The notes beneath the pieces were generated by a model. It saw only the letters and a list, made by a program, of their open reading frames with translations, was not told where the DNA came from and did not search any database. Made by a program: the position numbers and the translations under genes. From the NCBI GenBank assembly GCA_963796965.1, contig CAWCNS010000007.1, forward strand, positions 416,001-480,000: a stretch of 64,000 nucleotides of DNA, in the 5' to 3' direction. Numbering within the stretch: the stretch's first letter is position 1; each line of letters begins with the position of its first letter. The DNA comes from Calditrichia bacterium. Its GTDB lineage: Bacteria; Calditrichota; Calditrichia; JAJRVZ01. Positions 62,942-64,000 of the stretch are shown piece after piece.

Positions 62942-64000
62942 ATGTGCTGTCTATGTGAAGAAAATCAAATGCAACGTCGGGACTTTTTAAAAACCATGGG
63001 TGTCGTTACAGCTGGAATATCACTCGCACCTGGACAGATATGGGCAAATAATACTGGTTCAGGTCAAAATACGCCAAAGCAGAAACCTACCATATATTGC
63101 GCTTTTATTTATCCTCCCAGTAAAGAATTAAAGGAGGAAGGTTATTATAGTTGGCCGGGATCGGGCTTTGATGCTGAGGGTAGGCAGAAAGAATATACAG
63201 ATCAACTGAAAAAAATAGAAAAATCATTAGATTTGGTGATTCATTTTGAAAAAAAGCAACTCAATACCGACACTGATGTCACAAGTTTTATTCAGAGGAC
63301 AAAACAAAAAAATCCGGATGGATTACTGCTGATACCTTTTAAAAAAGGTCATTGGGACCATGTCATTAAAATAATTGATGAAGTCAAAATCCCATCCATT
63401 ATTCTCGCTACTTTGGGTGTGCTGCTTAATCGCTCTATAAGAGAGGTAAAATACAGACCTGGGGTTTATATGATTAGTTCCCTTGATAATCTTGATGCGG
63501 TTGGCAAAGGACTTAAAATGATTTCTGCAGGTCGCCGTATGAAGGATAGTCGTATCATAAACATAACAGGAACGGAGACAATGGAGTCGAAAGTACCTTA
63601 CATTGGGACTACGGTACTCACGATTCCTCACCAGATATTCTATGATAAATTTAAAGAAGTAACTATTAATTCTGATGTAAAAAATCTGGCTGACCAATAT
63701 ACTAAGAATGCGGTTGAAATTGTTGAGCCGAATCAAAAAGATATTATTGATGCTGCCCGCGCCTATTTTGCATTTAAAAATTTGCTCACAGATGTCCAGG
63801 GTGATGCCATCATGATGAATTGTCTGCCGGGTTTAAAACATCCTCACCAACATGTACCGCCCTGCATGGGGTTTATGCAATTACGGGATGAAGGCATACC
63901 AATGGGTTGTGAATCTGATCTGGATGCAACCTTAACAATGATGCTGGAACAATATCTCTTTGACCGCCCCGGATTCCAGCACAATCCTGCAGCAGACACA
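62942..64000 (+). CDS. Tat-exported L-fucose/L-arabinose isomerase-like protein (paralog 3), truncated by the window end and not in the ORF track
   Basis: AGGAGG RBS; 353 open codons by manual translation: MCCLCEENQMQRRDFLK...SWPGSGFD...AIMMNCLPG..PPCMGFMQL..MGCESD..RPGFQHNP. Confidence 0.75.
   Translation, partial: MCCLCEENQMQRRDFLKTMGVVTAGISLAPGQIWANNTGSGQNTPKQKPTIYCAFIYPPSKELKEEGYYSWPGSGFDAEGRQKEYTDQLKKIEKSLDLVIHFEKKQLNTDTDVTSFIQRTKQKNPDGLLLIPFKKGHWDHVIKIIDEVKIPSIILATLGVLLNRSIREVKYRPGVYMISSLDNLDAVGKGLKMISAGRRMKDSRIINITGTETMESKVPYIGTTVLTIPHQIFYDKFKEVTINSDVKNLADQYTKNAVEIVEPNQKDIIDAARAYFAFKNLLTDVQGDAIMMNCLPGLKHPHQHVPPCMGFMQLRDEGIPMGCESDLDATLTMMLEQYLFDRPGFQHNPAADT

Noticed and set aside
63323..63736. 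137-aa minus-strand ORF
   Set aside because: It is an antisense shadow of the unlisted plus-strand gene starting at 62942.

Overview
AT-rich bacterial chromosomal segment. Gene content (Reg_prop/Y_Y_Y sensor, Tat sugar enzymes, sulfatases, large TPR proteins) suggests an FCB-group or Calditrichota-like organism; this is inference only. 1-31.8 kb is mostly minus-strand housekeeping and signalling: a GntR-LacI regulator with a palindromic operator, a CheY-like receiver with a beta-propeller/YYY sensor fused to a CheA-type Hpt-HATPase, a Tat NIPSNAP protein, an FAD/Fe-S oxidoreductase, an MrfAB-like helicase/exonuclease pair, TPR-TolB-like and TPR proteins, pcrA, mltG, an atypical trpD, purA, STAS, secF, secD and ligA. 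32-42 kb holds accessory hydrolases, a methyltransferase and a peptide transporter. 42-64 kb is a sulfated/modified-sugar region: two sulfatases, an anaerobic sulfatase maturase, GH43 and GH123-like enzymes, an AraA-like isomerase, a lyxose-type isomerase, RhaT, a URO-D/MtbA-like protein, a Tat Gfo/Idh/MocA enzyme and three Tat-exported FucI/AraA-like paralogs (the last runs off the window and is absent from the ORF track). About 13 single-base frameshifts in 10 genes look like long-read errors. Many larger intergenic spaces carry REP-like hairpins or short-period inverted repeats from several families, often nested. No rRNA, tRNA, CRISPR array or transposase was recognised.
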